Assembly: GCA_964448615.1 (NCBI GenBank)
Contig: CAYUWH010000003.1
Coordinates: forward strand, 1-60,482
DNA: 60,482 bases
Source: an uncultured Candidatus Peribacteria bacterium
Lineage (GTDB): Bacteria; Patescibacteriota; Gracilibacteria; Peribacterales; Peribacteraceae
Reading direction: 5' to 3'
The translations under genes and the position numbers were made by a program. Position 1 is the first letter of the stretch, and the number at the start of each line of letters is the position of its first letter. The notes beneath the pieces are model-generated. The model did no database searches. It was not told the origin of the DNA and saw only the letters and a list, made by a program, of their open reading frames with translations. Shown one piece after another: positions 19,662-29,825 of this stretch.

Positions 19662-22529
19662 ATGACACCCTCTATTGCGCGTTTTCTCCGTATCGCTTTC
19701 CTGGCTGGCCTGCTGACATGGGGCATTTATGCCACCTTGATCTACTTCGCAATACCCGTGCATCAGACGGTATTGGTGGCCGATTCCCAGCGTACAGGCA
19801 TTGCAGAAGCGTGTGCGCAGTATGGTCTTCTTTGTCAGGGATGGCTTGCATTGATTCCTTCCATAACACATACCATTAGCCGTGCAGGGCCATTTGCGTG
19901 GTATTTGATTCTCTCGCTCTTGGCAGCGGCCACGTATCTCTTCGTGCAGTTCATGAATCGCGGGGATTGGCGCCTGTCTATCCGGCTTACGCCGCTCAAG
20001 CTGATTGGCATCTTTTTTGCATCGATCTGGCTCATGTTTACGGTGCTGACGTTTTCCGGAGGGGATCAGCCCCTCTATCGCATGGTTGAGCCATCTCTCA
20101 CGGTCTATCCCAACATCGGAGAGCAAGCGCTGGCCGGCCTTCAGCAAAATTTTGCCTCATTGCAGAGCAAGAATTGTTTAACCGAAGTCGGCGTGTCGGC
20201 GGCGGGGGGGAAGGTCTTCGACATGAAGATGTCATGTATTCAGGGTGCGTTTTTCCGATTGGGTGTCACGCAATTCCTGTTCATCTTCTTCATCTTGTTT
20301 GATCTGCTGGTGTTCGGGTCATTGCTGCTGAAATTCCTGCGGCGTCCGCAAGTCTCCTTGATGATGGAAGCGATGTTGAGCGTGGGCCTCGGCGCGTGCG
20401 CGATGATCGCGATTCTCTGGGCACTCGCGGCGATGGGGGTGTATACGCAATTGGCAGGCTGGGCGTTGGTGCTGCTGATTCCGGCATTGTGTTACCAACA
20501 GGCATGGTACTGGATTCAGAAAGGACTTCATCATGAATGGACCTTCGAAGATACGCTGTATGGCGGCATGACCGCTATCGCATGGTTGTTGATCAGTTAT
20601 CTTGCACTCAATTTCCTCAGCGTGGTGCGTCCGTTCCCCATCGGATGGGATGATCTTGGCCGTTATTTGAACCAGCCACGCTTGCTCGTGAGCTATGCAG
20701 AGGCGATCCCCACCATGGCGGCGTTCTATTGGGAATACATGACGTCGCTCGGGTTCTTGTTATTCGGGTATGACAGCGTGTTCGGCGCCACCGCTTCAAT
20801 GATGATCAACTGGATGGCGGGCTTGCTCGCGGTGCTTGTGACGTTTGTCTTCGGGCGCACGTACATGGGCAAAGGTGCGGGCATGCTCTCGGCGCTCGTG
20901 TACTACACGCTGCCGATGGTCGGACACTTCTCGTTCGCCGACATGAAGATCGATAACGCGATGTACTTCATGGGAGCGCTGACCATTCTGGCATATTTTG
21001 ATTTCCTGTTTCCACGGATTTCCTCGGAACAGGAAGGGCATGAATTGTCGGAAGCCGCTCCTGCCACATTCCGCGAACGGTTGGGATGGATGATTCTTGC
21101 CGGCGTGTTCGCCAGTTTTGCGTTCGCCCTCAAGCCGACCGCCATCATCGTGATCATGGCGATGCTCGCAGCGCTCTTCGGCGCTTCGGTGCACTGGACC
21201 GCGTTCGTCGGTGCCGCGCTCTTCGCGTGGGGGTACTACACCAAGATCGATCGCTTCAATGTCGCGGAAGTCGGTCGCAGAGTATTTGGCGATGCGCAGA
21301 TATTCGACCGCGTGACGGTCACGGGCATTTTCATGGTGACGGGCTTGGCATTCCTCGGATACGCATTCTGGAAGTATCGTGCAGCATTCATCAAGACGTT
21401 GATCGCCGCCGGATTGTTCATGGCCAGCTTCGCGGTGTGCATGCTGCCATGGATCACCTACAACAACATTTCCTACGGCAACGTCGTTCCAAGTTTGGTC
21501 TTCACTTCCGCCAATCATTACACGCCGAACTTCGTGATGGACGGTTCCGTGACCGTATCCAACGATCCCAAGCTCCGCGTGCTTCCTGAGCATCTCAAGA
21601 TCGATCCGAATGCGGATGTGTGCAAGGGGACCGCCAAAGAAGAAGAGATCGATCGTTACTGGGGTTATGACCATCACGGTTGGAAGCACTATCTCACGCT
21701 GCCCTGGAGAGCGGTGATGAATATTGATGCTGCGGGCTACTACGTCACGCTTGTGCCGGGATTGTTGCTGTTCCCGCTTCTGCTTTTGATGCCGGCGTTT
21801 TGGTCGAGAAGGGGAAGGTGGATGCGATGGCTCTTCGTGGCCACGCTCTTCATGTTGATTCAGTGGGTCTTCTTCGCGAACGGCATCATCTGGTACGGAC
21901 TCGGCATGTTCTTCGGCTTTGCGGTGGCGCTCGAGTTCCTCTTTGCGAAAGATCCGGACCAACACGATTCGGCGAAGGGAGATCAAAAGTTGGGAACGGC
22001 AGCGCGCGTATTGTGCGGTATTCTTATCTTCTGCTCCTTTATAACAGCATTCGGGCATCGTTTCTGGCAGTTTGAGCAACAGCGAAACATGCTGGAATAT
22101 CCGATGGGCAAAATAACCGCCGAAGCCATGCGTCTTCGTACAGTTCCATATTACGACGATATCCGCCAAGTGGTGATGGATCGATTCGCGAATATGCCGG
22201 ACCGTCCGTATGTGTTCCGCATGGGAACATTCATTCCCTACTTCATTCCGCGCAATCTCGAAGTGCTTCCTGTCGCCGATAACCAGCTAACGTTCTTCAA
22301 CTGTCTGAATCAGGGTGATGATCCGGCCGTGATCACGCAGCGCCTGAAAGCGCTCGGCTTCAATAGCATCATTTTCGATACGAACACCGCGACGATCGAG
22401 CAGAATCTGGAGGGAACGTTGCATAAGAAGGTAGAGCGATTCGTCGATTACGTGAACGATCCCCGCAGCGGTTTACAGGTGAAAATCTTCGATCCGGAAG
22501 CCGGTCTTGCGTTCATTATTATTCCATGA
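19662..22529 (+). CDS. large polytopic membrane protein, possible GT-C-fold glycosyltransferase
   Basis: 955 aa from the first ATG that does not overlap sufS. More than 15 hydrophobic segments and a ~150-aa C-terminal soluble domain. The GT-C call rests only on size, topology and genomic context. Confidence 0.4.
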   Translation: MTPSIARFLRIAFLAGLLTWGIYATLIYFAIPVHQTVLVADSQRTGIAEACAQYGLLCQGWLALIPSITHTISRAGPFAWYLILSLLAAATYLFVQFMNRGDWRLSIRLTPLKLIGIFFASIWLMFTVLTFSGGDQPLYRMVEPSLTVYPNIGEQALAGLQQNFASLQSKNCLTEVGVSAAGGKVFDMKMSCIQGAFFRLGVTQFLFIFFILFDLLVFGSLLLKFLRRPQVSLMMEAMLSVGLGACAMIAILWALAAMGVYTQLAGWALVLLIPALCYQQAWYWIQKGLHHEWTFEDTLYGGMTAIAWLLISYLALNFLSVVRPFPIGWDDLGRYLNQPRLLVSYAEAIPTMAAFYWEYMTSLGFLLFGYDSVFGATASMMINWMAGLLAVLVTFVFGRTYMGKGAGMLSALVYYTLPMVGHFSFADMKIDNAMYFMGALTILAYFDFLFPRISSEQEGHELSEAAPATFRERLGWMILAGVFASFAFALKPTAIIVIMAMLAALFGASVHWTAFVGAALFAWGYYTKIDRFNVAEVGRRVFGDAQIFDRVTVTGIFMVTGLAFLGYAFWKYRAAFIKTLIAAGLFMASFAVCMLPWITYNNISYGNVVPSLVFTSANHYTPNFVMDGSVTVSNDPKLRVLPEHLKIDPNADVCKGTAKEEEIDRYWGYDHHGWKHYLTLPWRAVMNIDAAGYYVTLVPGLLLFPLLLLMPAFWSRRGRWMRWLFVATLFMLIQWVFFANGIIWYGLGMFFGFAVALEFLFAKDPDQHDSAKGDQKLGTAARVLCGILIFCSFITAFGHRFWQFEQQRNMLEYPMGKITAEAMRLRTVPYYDDIRQVVMDRFANMPDRPYVFRMGTFIPYFIPRNLEVLPVADNQLTFFNCLNQGDDPAVITQRLKALGFNSIIFDTNTATIEQNLEGTLHKKVERFVDYVNDPRSGLQVKIFDPEAGLAFIIIP

Positions 22530-23299
22530 CGAAGAGTCCGACGATACCGATGAGTCCGACGAGTCCGAGGAATGGCAGCTTATCCTCGGATTCTTCGGCT
22601 TCCTCGGCCTCCTCCGTTATTGCAGTCATTCCTGCGTTTAACGAAGCCACTCGTATCACAGCTGTCGTGCAGGATGCGCTCAAGCATGTCGCAACGGTGA
22701 TCGTCGTCGACGATGGATCAAGTGATGCCACAGGGGATGTCGCAGAGGCTGCCGGTGCGTTCGTGGTGCGTCATCCCAATAACAGCGGGGCCGGAGCAGC
22801 AACCATGACGGGACTCGAAGCAGCGCGTCAGATGGGCGCGAGGGTGGTGGTGACGCTCGATGCCGACGAGCAGCATGATACAAACGACATTCCGGCGCTG
22901 CTTGCGCCGATTCTTGCCGGCGAAGCGGATATCGTATTTGCCAATCGGTTTGCACCCGGAGATAAAACGCATAAGCCGCGCAACAAGATCCCGTTTATTC
23001 GCCGTGTATTCAACGGCATCGGAAATATCGTGACGTTGCTGGCGACCGGGCTTTGGGTGAGCGACAGTCAGTGCGGCTTCAAGGCATTCGGTCCTCAGGC
23101 ACTCAAAGAAATCGATCTCAAAATGAGCGGTTTTGAGTTCTGCACCGAGATCGTGCGCGAAGTAGTTCAACATCGCTGGCGGATGCGCCAAGTGCCCAGC
23201 AAAGTGCGTTATAGCGCCTATACGCTCGCAAAGGGCCAGTCCTTTGCAAACGGCGTACGCACGGCCTTTAAAATTCTGCTACGATCCTTCTTGCGATGA
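22526..23299 (+). CDS. family 2 glycosyltransferase (polyprenol-phosphate sugar synthase-like)
   Basis: VIPAFNEATRI, VVDDGSSDATGD and LDADEQHD are GT2 motifs. The first ~30 codons are low-complexity and encoded by the word repeat, so the true start is uncertain. Confidence 0.8.
   Translation: MTKSPTIPMSPTSPRNGSLSSDSSASSASSVIAVIPAFNEATRITAVVQDALKHVATVIVVDDGSSDATGDVAEAAGAFVVRHPNNSGAGAATMTGLEAARQMGARVVVTLDADEQHDTNDIPALLAPILAGEADIVFANRFAPGDKTHKPRNKIPFIRRVFNGIGNIVTLLATGLWVSDSQCGFKAFGPQALKEIDLKMSGFEFCTEIVREVVQHRWRMRQVPSKVRYSAYTLAKGQSFANGVRTAFKILLRSFLR
22531..22612. repeat. GAGTCCGA-word repeat/hairpin (left copy)
   Basis: GAAGAGTCCGACGATACCGATGAGTCCGACGAGTCCGAGGA (22531-22571) faces TCCTCGGATTCTTCGGCTTCCTCGGCCTCC (22583-22612). 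Starts 2 nt after the stop of the large membrane protein gene. Confidence 0.7.
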
Positions 23300-23703
23300 A
23301 TCTTACGCCCTACCAAATCGTCGTGCCTCTCGTTGCCATTATTGCGGTGCTCTACGCGTGGAGTTTGATGATGCGCAAGAAAAAGACGGTGTGGGAGGTG
23401 ATTTTGTGGACGTTGTTCTGGGGTGTCATTGCGCTTATTGCGTTGCGCCCGGCGTTATTGGCATATCTCACGCTCGTTACCGGTATTAAGAATCAGGAGA
23501 ATGCGGTTCTCTTCACGGGAGTCGGCATTCTGTTTTTCATCGTCTTCTATTTGATCATCCGCATCGAGGAATTACAGCAACGACAAAGCAAAATCGTCCG
23601 GTCGATCGCGTTGCGCGATGCCGGATTGAAAGAGGAGTCTAAAGAAACCGATGAGTCCGAAGAGTCCGAGGAAAGATTGAATACCGATGTCAGATCACAA
23701 TAA
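23296..23703 (+). CDS. DUF2304-like small membrane protein
   Basis: 135 aa with 3-4 TM helices, immediately after a GT2 (ATGA overlap), which is the usual DUF2304 context. The acidic tail is encoded by the word repeat. Confidence 0.6.
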   Translation: MNLTPYQIVVPLVAIIAVLYAWSLMMRKKKTVWEVILWTLFWGVIALIALRPALLAYLTLVTGIKNQENAVLFTGVGILFFIVFYLIIRIEELQQRQSKIVRSIALRDAGLKEESKETDESEESEERLNTDVRSQ

Positions 23704-23758
23704 GTTTTTCTTCGGACTCCTCGGTATCGTCGGACTCTTCGGACTCTTCGGATTCTTC
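23648..23758. repeat. GAGTCCGA-word repeat/hairpin (right copy, inverted)
   Basis: CCGATGAGTCCGAAGAGTCCGAGGA (23648-23672) faces CTTCGGACTCCTCGGTATCGTCGGACTCTTCGGACTCTTCGGATTCTTC (23710-23758). 23712-23740 is the reverse complement of 22531-22559 with 1 mismatch. Confidence 0.7.
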
Positions 23759-23760
23759 TT

Positions 23761-24873
23761 ATGCAAACCATTCTTCTCATTAGTCCGTACTGGAAAGAGC
23801 AGCATCGGTGGATGGTGAGCAGCGTAAAACTCGCAGAGCTGTGGCAACGATTGGGATACCGAGTTGTGGTCGCCTGTATGGGAAACGCGGGCATTGAAGA
23901 AGTTTCTCCGACACTCAAAATTTACCGTAAAAAAGATTGGTTTATCCCGGATCCCTGGAACTACGGGATCGCATTCGGCTTTACGGGTTTCGTGCGTCGC
24001 ATTATCCGGGAAGAAAAGCCTGATCTGATGATCTGCAATAAGGTGCTGTTCTGGACATCGCTGAGCGTGATTCTCTTGAGAATGACAGGCCGCAAAGTCT
24101 TGCTGCTGACAGATGCATTGGTCGGTATTACATGGTGGCCGCGCGGGAAAATTCCACAGATGTGCGCCGCGATCTATGCACGCACGCTCGGATGGCTGGT
24201 GTTGTTGTGTGCGCAGAGAGTTATCTTCTTTCATCCTCAGCCGGAGAACGTGTTGCGTTCGCTGGGCATCGCTGCGAAGTCGCAGGTAATTCCCACGGGT
24301 ATCGATCCCGCGCCATATCTTCTTGAGCGTCCCAATCATCATCCGCAAGTGACGGTGACCTATGTCGGACGATTGGAATCCGTCAAAGGCGTTGATGATT
24401 TCCTGGCCGCGCTTCATCCGCTCTTGCCGCACTATCCGTATCTCAAAGTGCAGGTTGTGGGATGGCATGCTGCAGGACATCCGTTATTGCACGGCTATGC
24501 AGGCATCGAATTCCTCGGTTTGCGCGAGGATATTCCCTCGATTCTGCGCGAAACGGATATCTTCGTCTTGCCAAGCCACAGCGAAGGATTGAGCAATGCC
24601 CTTATGGAAGCGATGTCGAGCGCGTGCGCGTGCATCGCGAGCGATACGGGCGGCAATGCCTTCCTCATTCAAAACGGTGTTTCCGGATTCCTCTTTCCGC
24701 CTGGTGATCGCGAAGCATTACGATCGCATGTTGAACGTTTGTTGAAAGATCCTTCCAAGATGAAGTCTCTCGGGGAAGCGGCGCGACGGAGAATCCAAAC
24801 CGAATTCAGTTGGGAAGTGGTCGGGCAAAAATATCGTCACCTGTTTCAAGAAGCATTCGCGCACGCAGCATGA
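23761..24873 (+). CDS. family 4 (GT-B) glycosyltransferase
   Basis: C-terminal VLPSHSEGLSNALMEAMSSACACIASDTGGNAFLIQNGVSGFL is the GT4 EX7E region. Confidence 0.8.
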   Translation: MQTILLISPYWKEQHRWMVSSVKLAELWQRLGYRVVVACMGNAGIEEVSPTLKIYRKKDWFIPDPWNYGIAFGFTGFVRRIIREEKPDLMICNKVLFWTSLSVILLRMTGRKVLLLTDALVGITWWPRGKIPQMCAAIYARTLGWLVLLCAQRVIFFHPQPENVLRSLGIAAKSQVIPTGIDPAPYLLERPNHHPQVTVTYVGRLESVKGVDDFLAALHPLLPHYPYLKVQVVGWHAAGHPLLHGYAGIEFLGLREDIPSILRETDIFVLPSHSEGLSNALMEAMSSACACIASDTGGNAFLIQNGVSGFLFPPGDREALRSHVERLLKDPSKMKSLGEAARRRIQTEFSWEVVGQKYRHLFQEAFAHAA

Positions 24874-25937
24874 AGCCAACAGTGGTTGTGTTGTCGGCGT
24901 TTACAACTCCCTTCCGCAGCGGGGCGGAAGCATGCGCGGAGGAGGTGAGTGCATTCCTGCAGCATGACTATGACACCACGATCGTCACTGCGCGGTTGAG
25001 ACGCGGTCTTCCTGTTGAGGACCGTCTTGCAAGCGGCGTGCGCGTGGTGCGCGTGGGATTTGGATTCGGGTTTGATAAATGGCTGTTTCCGTTCCTGGGC
25101 GCGTTTGCGGTGCGTAGAATGAAGCCGATGATCGTGCACGCCGTCCTCGAATCATTCGCGGGCATGGCATTGGTGTTGTGTGCGCGTATCGCTCCGAGGA
25201 GTAAGCGCATGCTGACCTGTCAGAGCACGAATACTTCGTTGCTTCTCAAGCCGATGCATCGCTGCGCGGATGTGATTACGGCAATCAGTTCGCCGCTCGT
25301 CGCGCGTGCCGAGGAATTCGGGAGAATGGATGCATGTTTGATTCCGAATGGTGTTCATACAAAGGCGTTTCATGAAGCACGCAAACACATAAAGGCCGTA
25401 CCGGGGCGCATTCTGTTTGTCGGGCGCTTGGAGCCCATGAAAGGCGTGGACACGTTGTTGGGGGCGTTTGCTCTTCTCCAGGATAAAACATTGCATCTGC
25501 GCATTGTCGGTACGGGATCGCAATTTCCGATGTTGGAGCGTCTTGCCAAGAAATTGGGGACCGCCGATCGCGTGACGTTTGCGGGCAGGGTTCCTCCAGA
25601 GAAGATTGCGGAAGAATATGCCGCCGCGGAACTATTCTGTGCCTTGTCGCGCAGCGAAGCACTGGGCAATGTCTTCCTTGAAGCGCAGGCTGCCGGATGT
25701 GCAGTGGTCGGCACGGGCATCGGCGGAATTCCCGATGTGGTGAAGAACGGTGAGACGGGCTTGCTAGTCCGTTGTGACGATCCCGCGGGAGCTGCTGATG
25801 CAATCATGCGCATTCGTTCTGACAGCAAGCATACGGCGTACATGAGAGAAAAGGCGATGAAATTCGCGGAATCTTTCGAATGGTCCGCGATTGCGAAACG
25901 GTATGGCGAATTGTATGCGGGGTTACTGGGTTATTGA
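24870..25937 (+). CDS. family 4 (GT-B) glycosyltransferase
   Basis: SRSEALGNVFLEAQAAGCAVVGTGIGGIPDVVKNGETGLLV. Start MKPTVVVL with an ATGA overlap onto the upstream stop. Confidence 0.8.
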   Translation: MKPTVVVLSAFTTPFRSGAEACAEEVSAFLQHDYDTTIVTARLRRGLPVEDRLASGVRVVRVGFGFGFDKWLFPFLGAFAVRRMKPMIVHAVLESFAGMALVLCARIAPRSKRMLTCQSTNTSLLLKPMHRCADVITAISSPLVARAEEFGRMDACLIPNGVHTKAFHEARKHIKAVPGRILFVGRLEPMKGVDTLLGAFALLQDKTLHLRIVGTGSQFPMLERLAKKLGTADRVTFAGRVPPEKIAEEYAAAELFCALSRSEALGNVFLEAQAAGCAVVGTGIGGIPDVVKNGETGLLVRCDDPAGAADAIMRIRSDSKHTAYMREKAMKFAESFEWSAIAKRYGELYAGLLGY

Positions 25938-26641
25938 ATTTTTTGTGCCCGTACCAATTCCGCAGCGCGGAACAATGATTCGAATGTTCCCGCATCGATC
26001 CATTCTTCCTGCAGCGTGGTCGCGGTGAGTTCGCCGCGGCGCAGATATTCCTTGCTGACATCGGTGATTTCTAGCTCGCCGCGCGCAGAGGGTTTCAGAT
26101 TTCTGATGATTTCGAAACACGTGTGGTCGTACAAATAACATCCGGTGACCGCGAGGTTGCTCTTGGGTTGCTTGGGTTTTTCTTCGATCGAGATCACTGC
26201 ATAATCCTTGACCTCCGCGATGCCGAAACGTTCAGGATCCTCCACCCCTTTCAGAAACACGTGTCCGCCTTTCGTGAATGATTGAATCGCGGGTGTCAGG
26301 TCATCAAAAAATACATTATCCCCGAGCATTGCGCAGACCGCTTCCCCATCGCAAAAATCTTCCGCGAGTCCGAGAGCCTGAGCGATGCCGCCCGGCTTCT
26401 CCTGCACCTTGAATGCAAACTCGCATCCGAACCGTGAGCCCGATCCCAAAAATGCGGCGATTTGATCGACATGTTCGGTACCCGTAACCACGGCTACTTC
26501 CTGAATCCCAGCCTTCAGCAACACCGAAAGCGGATACAAAATCAAAGGCTTGTCGTAGACCGGCAAAAGACTCTTATTCGTCACCTCGGTTAAGGGACGC
26601 AGCCGGCTGCCGGTTCCGCCGCAGATGAGGACACCTTTCAT
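25931..26641 (-). CDS. sugar-1-phosphate nucleotidylyltransferase (RmlA-like, short form)
   Basis: MKGVLICGGTGSRLRPLT (GGxGxRLxPLT signature). Start set at the second Met; the alternative start is at 26665. Confidence 0.8.
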   Translation of the reverse strand: MKGVLICGGTGSRLRPLTEVTNKSLLPVYDKPLILYPLSVLLKAGIQEVAVVTGTEHVDQIAAFLGSGSRFGCEFAFKVQEKPGGIAQALGLAEDFCDGEAVCAMLGDNVFFDDLTPAIQSFTKGGHVFLKGVEDPERFGIAEVKDYAVISIEEKPKQPKSNLAVTGCYLYDHTCFEIIRNLKPSARGELEITDVSKEYLRRGELTATTLQEEWIDAGTFESLFRAAELVRAQKIQ

Positions 26642-26690
26642 ACCTTTTACCTTATCGAAGTTCATGGTTTTTTGCTACTATTCACAGGCT

Positions 26691-27632
26691 ATGAATCTCC
26701 TCGTTACGGGCGGTGCCGGCTTCATCGGTTCGCACTTCGTTCTCAATCATTGCGCCAAGTTTCCGGACGATACCGTCATCGTCTTGGACAAGCTGACGTA
26801 TGCCGGAAAAAAAGAGTTTTTGAACCCGGTCATTCAGCGCATTCGTTTCATAGAGGGGGACATCGTCGATGCGCCGTTGGTGGCGGAAATGATCAAGCGC
26901 TACGGCATCGAGACGATCGTGAACTTCGCGGCGGAGACGCACGTCGATCGTAGCATCGGAAACGCGACGCCGTTTCTGTATTCCAACGTGCTGGGCGTGC
27001 AGAGCTTGATCGAGGTGACGAGAGCGCATCCGGAGCTGTTGTTGTTCCATATTTCAACAGATGAAGTGTATGGAGATTTGAAAGATGAAGATGCTCCGAA
27101 GAAAGAAATCGACACGCTCCGTCCGAGCTCCCCCTACGCCGCCAGCAAGGCCGCTGCGGAAATGTTGCTCTTAGCCGCGGCGAGAACGTACGGCATGCGC
27201 ATGCGCATCTCGCGGTGTTCCAATAACTACGGACCGCACCAAGCCGATGAAAAATTTATCCCGACCGTGATCCGCTCGGTGCTTGAAGGCAAAAAAATTC
27301 CGCTCTACGGCAAGGGGGAAAATCGCCGCGACTGGCTCTATGTTCTTGATCACTGCGATGCGATCGAAGCGATCATTCAGCGAGGGGAGGACGGGGAAAT
27401 CTACAACATTACCGCCGATGACGAGCGCCGGAACATCGATGTCGCAAAGGCGATTCTGAAGATCCTTGGCAAAGGAGAGGAGTTGATTTCCTTCGTGCCC
27501 GATCGCCCCGGGCATGACTGGCGCTATGCGATCGATGCCTCTAAGCTCGCCGCTCTCGACTGGAAGCCAAGCGTCGGTTTCGAAGAAGGCATGAAACGAA
27601 CGGTCGAATGGTACCGGCGGAAATCCGCATAA
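26691..27632 (+). CDS. rfbB: dTDP-glucose 4,6-dehydratase
   Basis: MNLLVTGGAGFIGSHF, HISTDEVYGD and PSSPYAASKAAAEML (the YxxxK) are typical of RmlB. Sits divergent to the nucleotidylyltransferase gene. Confidence 0.85.
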   Translation: MNLLVTGGAGFIGSHFVLNHCAKFPDDTVIVLDKLTYAGKKEFLNPVIQRIRFIEGDIVDAPLVAEMIKRYGIETIVNFAAETHVDRSIGNATPFLYSNVLGVQSLIEVTRAHPELLLFHISTDEVYGDLKDEDAPKKEIDTLRPSSPYAASKAAAEMLLLAAARTYGMRMRISRCSNNYGPHQADEKFIPTVIRSVLEGKKIPLYGKGENRRDWLYVLDHCDAIEAIIQRGEDGEIYNITADDERRNIDVAKAILKILGKGEELISFVPDRPGHDWRYAIDASKLAALDWKPSVGFEEGMKRTVEWYRRKSA

Positions 27633-27645
27633 CTGTTCTTCCTCC

Positions 27646-28734
27646 ATGCGTATCGTCCTTGCCACCGGCATTTTTCCGCCCGATATCGGCGGGCCTGCGA
27701 CATACGTGTCCAACCTGGCGCGGGAGCTTTCCAAAAAAGGTCTGCACGTGACCATTGTCACGTACGGCCAGGAAGCCGGAACCGAAACGTTGATGGGGGA
27801 GACGAAGCTGATACGCGTCGGCAAGCAGGGCGGGCCACTGCTGCGATGGAATCGGTATGCACAGGTCTTGCGAGAAGTCGGGAGTGAGGCCGATATCATC
27901 TATGCATTTTCGTCCGTCAGCTGCGGCGTGCCGTTGGTACTGGCGCGCTTGAAGCAGCCTCGAAAAGTGTTGCGTCTCGGCGGGGATTTTCTCTGGGAGC
28001 GTTACACGGACGGAGGCGGCGAGTTAGGCTTGCGCAAATGGTACGAGGGCGGCGCGAAGCTTCGCAACTCGATGAATGGCCTTCTTCGTACATTCGATCA
28101 TATTATCTTTTCCACTGAGTTTCAGGAGCGTTTATACGAACAGTTCTACGTGAGACTTCCGATCCATTCCGTTATCGAAAACGCATTGCCGTCCGGTGAT
28201 CCGCGGTTGCACAACGTGCACTACCCGTTTCGTCTGTTGTTTCTTGGACGGTTTGTGGGCTTCAAAAACCTGGGGTCTCTGTTGGAGGCGGTCAAGGAAT
28301 TGCCCGATGTCACGCTCTCGCTGATCGGCGATGGTCCGCTCAAACAGTTCCTTGCCGATCGCGTGCAGGAGTTACAGATTGCCGACCGCGTGACGTTCCG
28401 TAGCCCCTTACACGGAGAAGAGAAGCAGGCGGCACTGCAAGAACATGATCTGCTCGTGCTGCCATCTCACACCGAAATCAGTCCGAATGCCGCACTCGAA
28501 GCGCGGGCCGCGGGCTTGCCCGTGTTGCTGACGGAGGAGACCGGATTGAGCCATTCCCTGATGGAAGGCATCACGGTGCGTACACTCAAAACTCCGCGCG
28601 ACATTACGCAGGCGATAGAAGAAGTAAAAGAGCAGTATCCGATTTTTGCCGACAAAGCCGCGATGCCGCTTCCGCAGCGTGGATGGAGCGAAGTGTGCGA
28701 TGAACATATTTCCCTGTTCCGGAGTCTCCTATGA
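27646..28734 (+). CDS. family 4 (GT-B) glycosyltransferase
   Basis: MRIVLATGIFPPDIGGPATY at the N-terminus. VLPSHTEISPNAALEARAAGLPVLLTEETG. Confidence 0.8.
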   Translation: MRIVLATGIFPPDIGGPATYVSNLARELSKKGLHVTIVTYGQEAGTETLMGETKLIRVGKQGGPLLRWNRYAQVLREVGSEADIIYAFSSVSCGVPLVLARLKQPRKVLRLGGDFLWERYTDGGGELGLRKWYEGGAKLRNSMNGLLRTFDHIIFSTEFQERLYEQFYVRLPIHSVIENALPSGDPRLHNVHYPFRLLFLGRFVGFKNLGSLLEAVKELPDVTLSLIGDGPLKQFLADRVQELQIADRVTFRSPLHGEEKQAALQEHDLLVLPSHTEISPNAALEARAAGLPVLLTEETGLSHSLMEGITVRTLKTPRDITQAIEEVKEQYPIFADKAAMPLPQRGWSEVCDEHISLFRSLL

Positions 28735-29825
28735 ACTTGCTTATGATCAGCGGCGATCGTTCCTTGCTCCAGGGAAAGCAGGGCGCGTTTTGGTATACGC
28801 TGCAGGAATTATCGAAACACTGGGGACGGATCGATATTCTCTGCCCGCATGCAGAGCAGTCGTCTTTGGTGTTGTTTGGGAATGTCTATCTGCATGCATC
28901 ACCGTGGGGGTTGCTGCAGCAGCCAAAATGGATTTTCCAAAAGGGAAAAGAACTGATCGCGCTGCACAGGCATTCTGTCATGACGGTTCATGAATATCCG
29001 CCGTTCTATAATGGGATTGGGGCGAAGCAGTTACATGTGGCAACCGGCATTCCCTATGCGCTGGAGATCCATCATGTCGTCGGACATCCGCGTGCGGCAT
29101 CGATGCTCGAGTGGATCGGGAAAGTGCTCTCGTGGATCTATCTGCGATTCGATACGAAGGCTGCCAAAGGCGTCCGCACCGTGAGCAAAGGCACTGCGAC
29201 AACGCTGATGCGCTGGGGCATTGAGAAACAGAAAATCTCAGTGGTTCCGTCCTTTTATCTCGATCGCGCATTGCTCGCCGGTTCTGACGATATCCCAAAG
29301 CCGTACGATGCCGTGTTCTGTGGACGACTTGTGGCGAATAAAGGTTTGCTGGAAACCATTCGTGCCATTCATGTCTTGGAACAGGCAAATTTGCTTATTA
29401 TCGGAGACGGTCCGCTGCGTAATAAAGCCGAAGTGCTGGTGAAAGAATTGAAGATTGCGCATCGCATAGAATTCCGCGGCTGGCTGGGCACGCAGGAGGA
29501 AGTGGTGAAAGCGCTGAGATCCGGGAAAGTCTTCATCATGAATTCCAAGAGTGAAGGCGGTCCGCGCGTTGCGCTGGAAGCGATGGCGTGCGGCCTGCCC
29601 GTGATCGCGACCAAGGTCGGCGTCATGCCGGACGTGATCGAAGATGGCATCAATGGTGTTTTCACCGATGGCACGCCGAGAGATCTTGCGGAAAAACTCT
29701 CGCAGCTGCTCGCGGATCCCGATCGACGCAGTCGTATTGGCATGGCTGCTCGCGGTATTCTCGATCGCTTTGAGCGCCAACATTTGATTGCCGCGTATGC
29801 TCGTTACCTTCAATCGCTCGTATGA
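28731..29825 (+). CDS. family 4 (GT-B) glycosyltransferase
   Basis: IMNSKSEGGPRVALEAMACGLPVIATKVGVMPDVIEDGINGVF. ATGA overlap with the upstream gene. Confidence 0.8.
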   Translation: MNLLMISGDRSLLQGKQGAFWYTLQELSKHWGRIDILCPHAEQSSLVLFGNVYLHASPWGLLQQPKWIFQKGKELIALHRHSVMTVHEYPPFYNGIGAKQLHVATGIPYALEIHHVVGHPRAASMLEWIGKVLSWIYLRFDTKAAKGVRTVSKGTATTLMRWGIEKQKISVVPSFYLDRALLAGSDDIPKPYDAVFCGRLVANKGLLETIRAIHVLEQANLLIIGDGPLRNKAEVLVKELKIAHRIEFRGWLGTQEEVVKALRSGKVFIMNSKSEGGPRVALEAMACGLPVIATKVGVMPDVIEDGINGVFTDGTPRDLAEKLSQLLADPDRRSRIGMAARGILDRFERQHLIAAYARYLQSLV

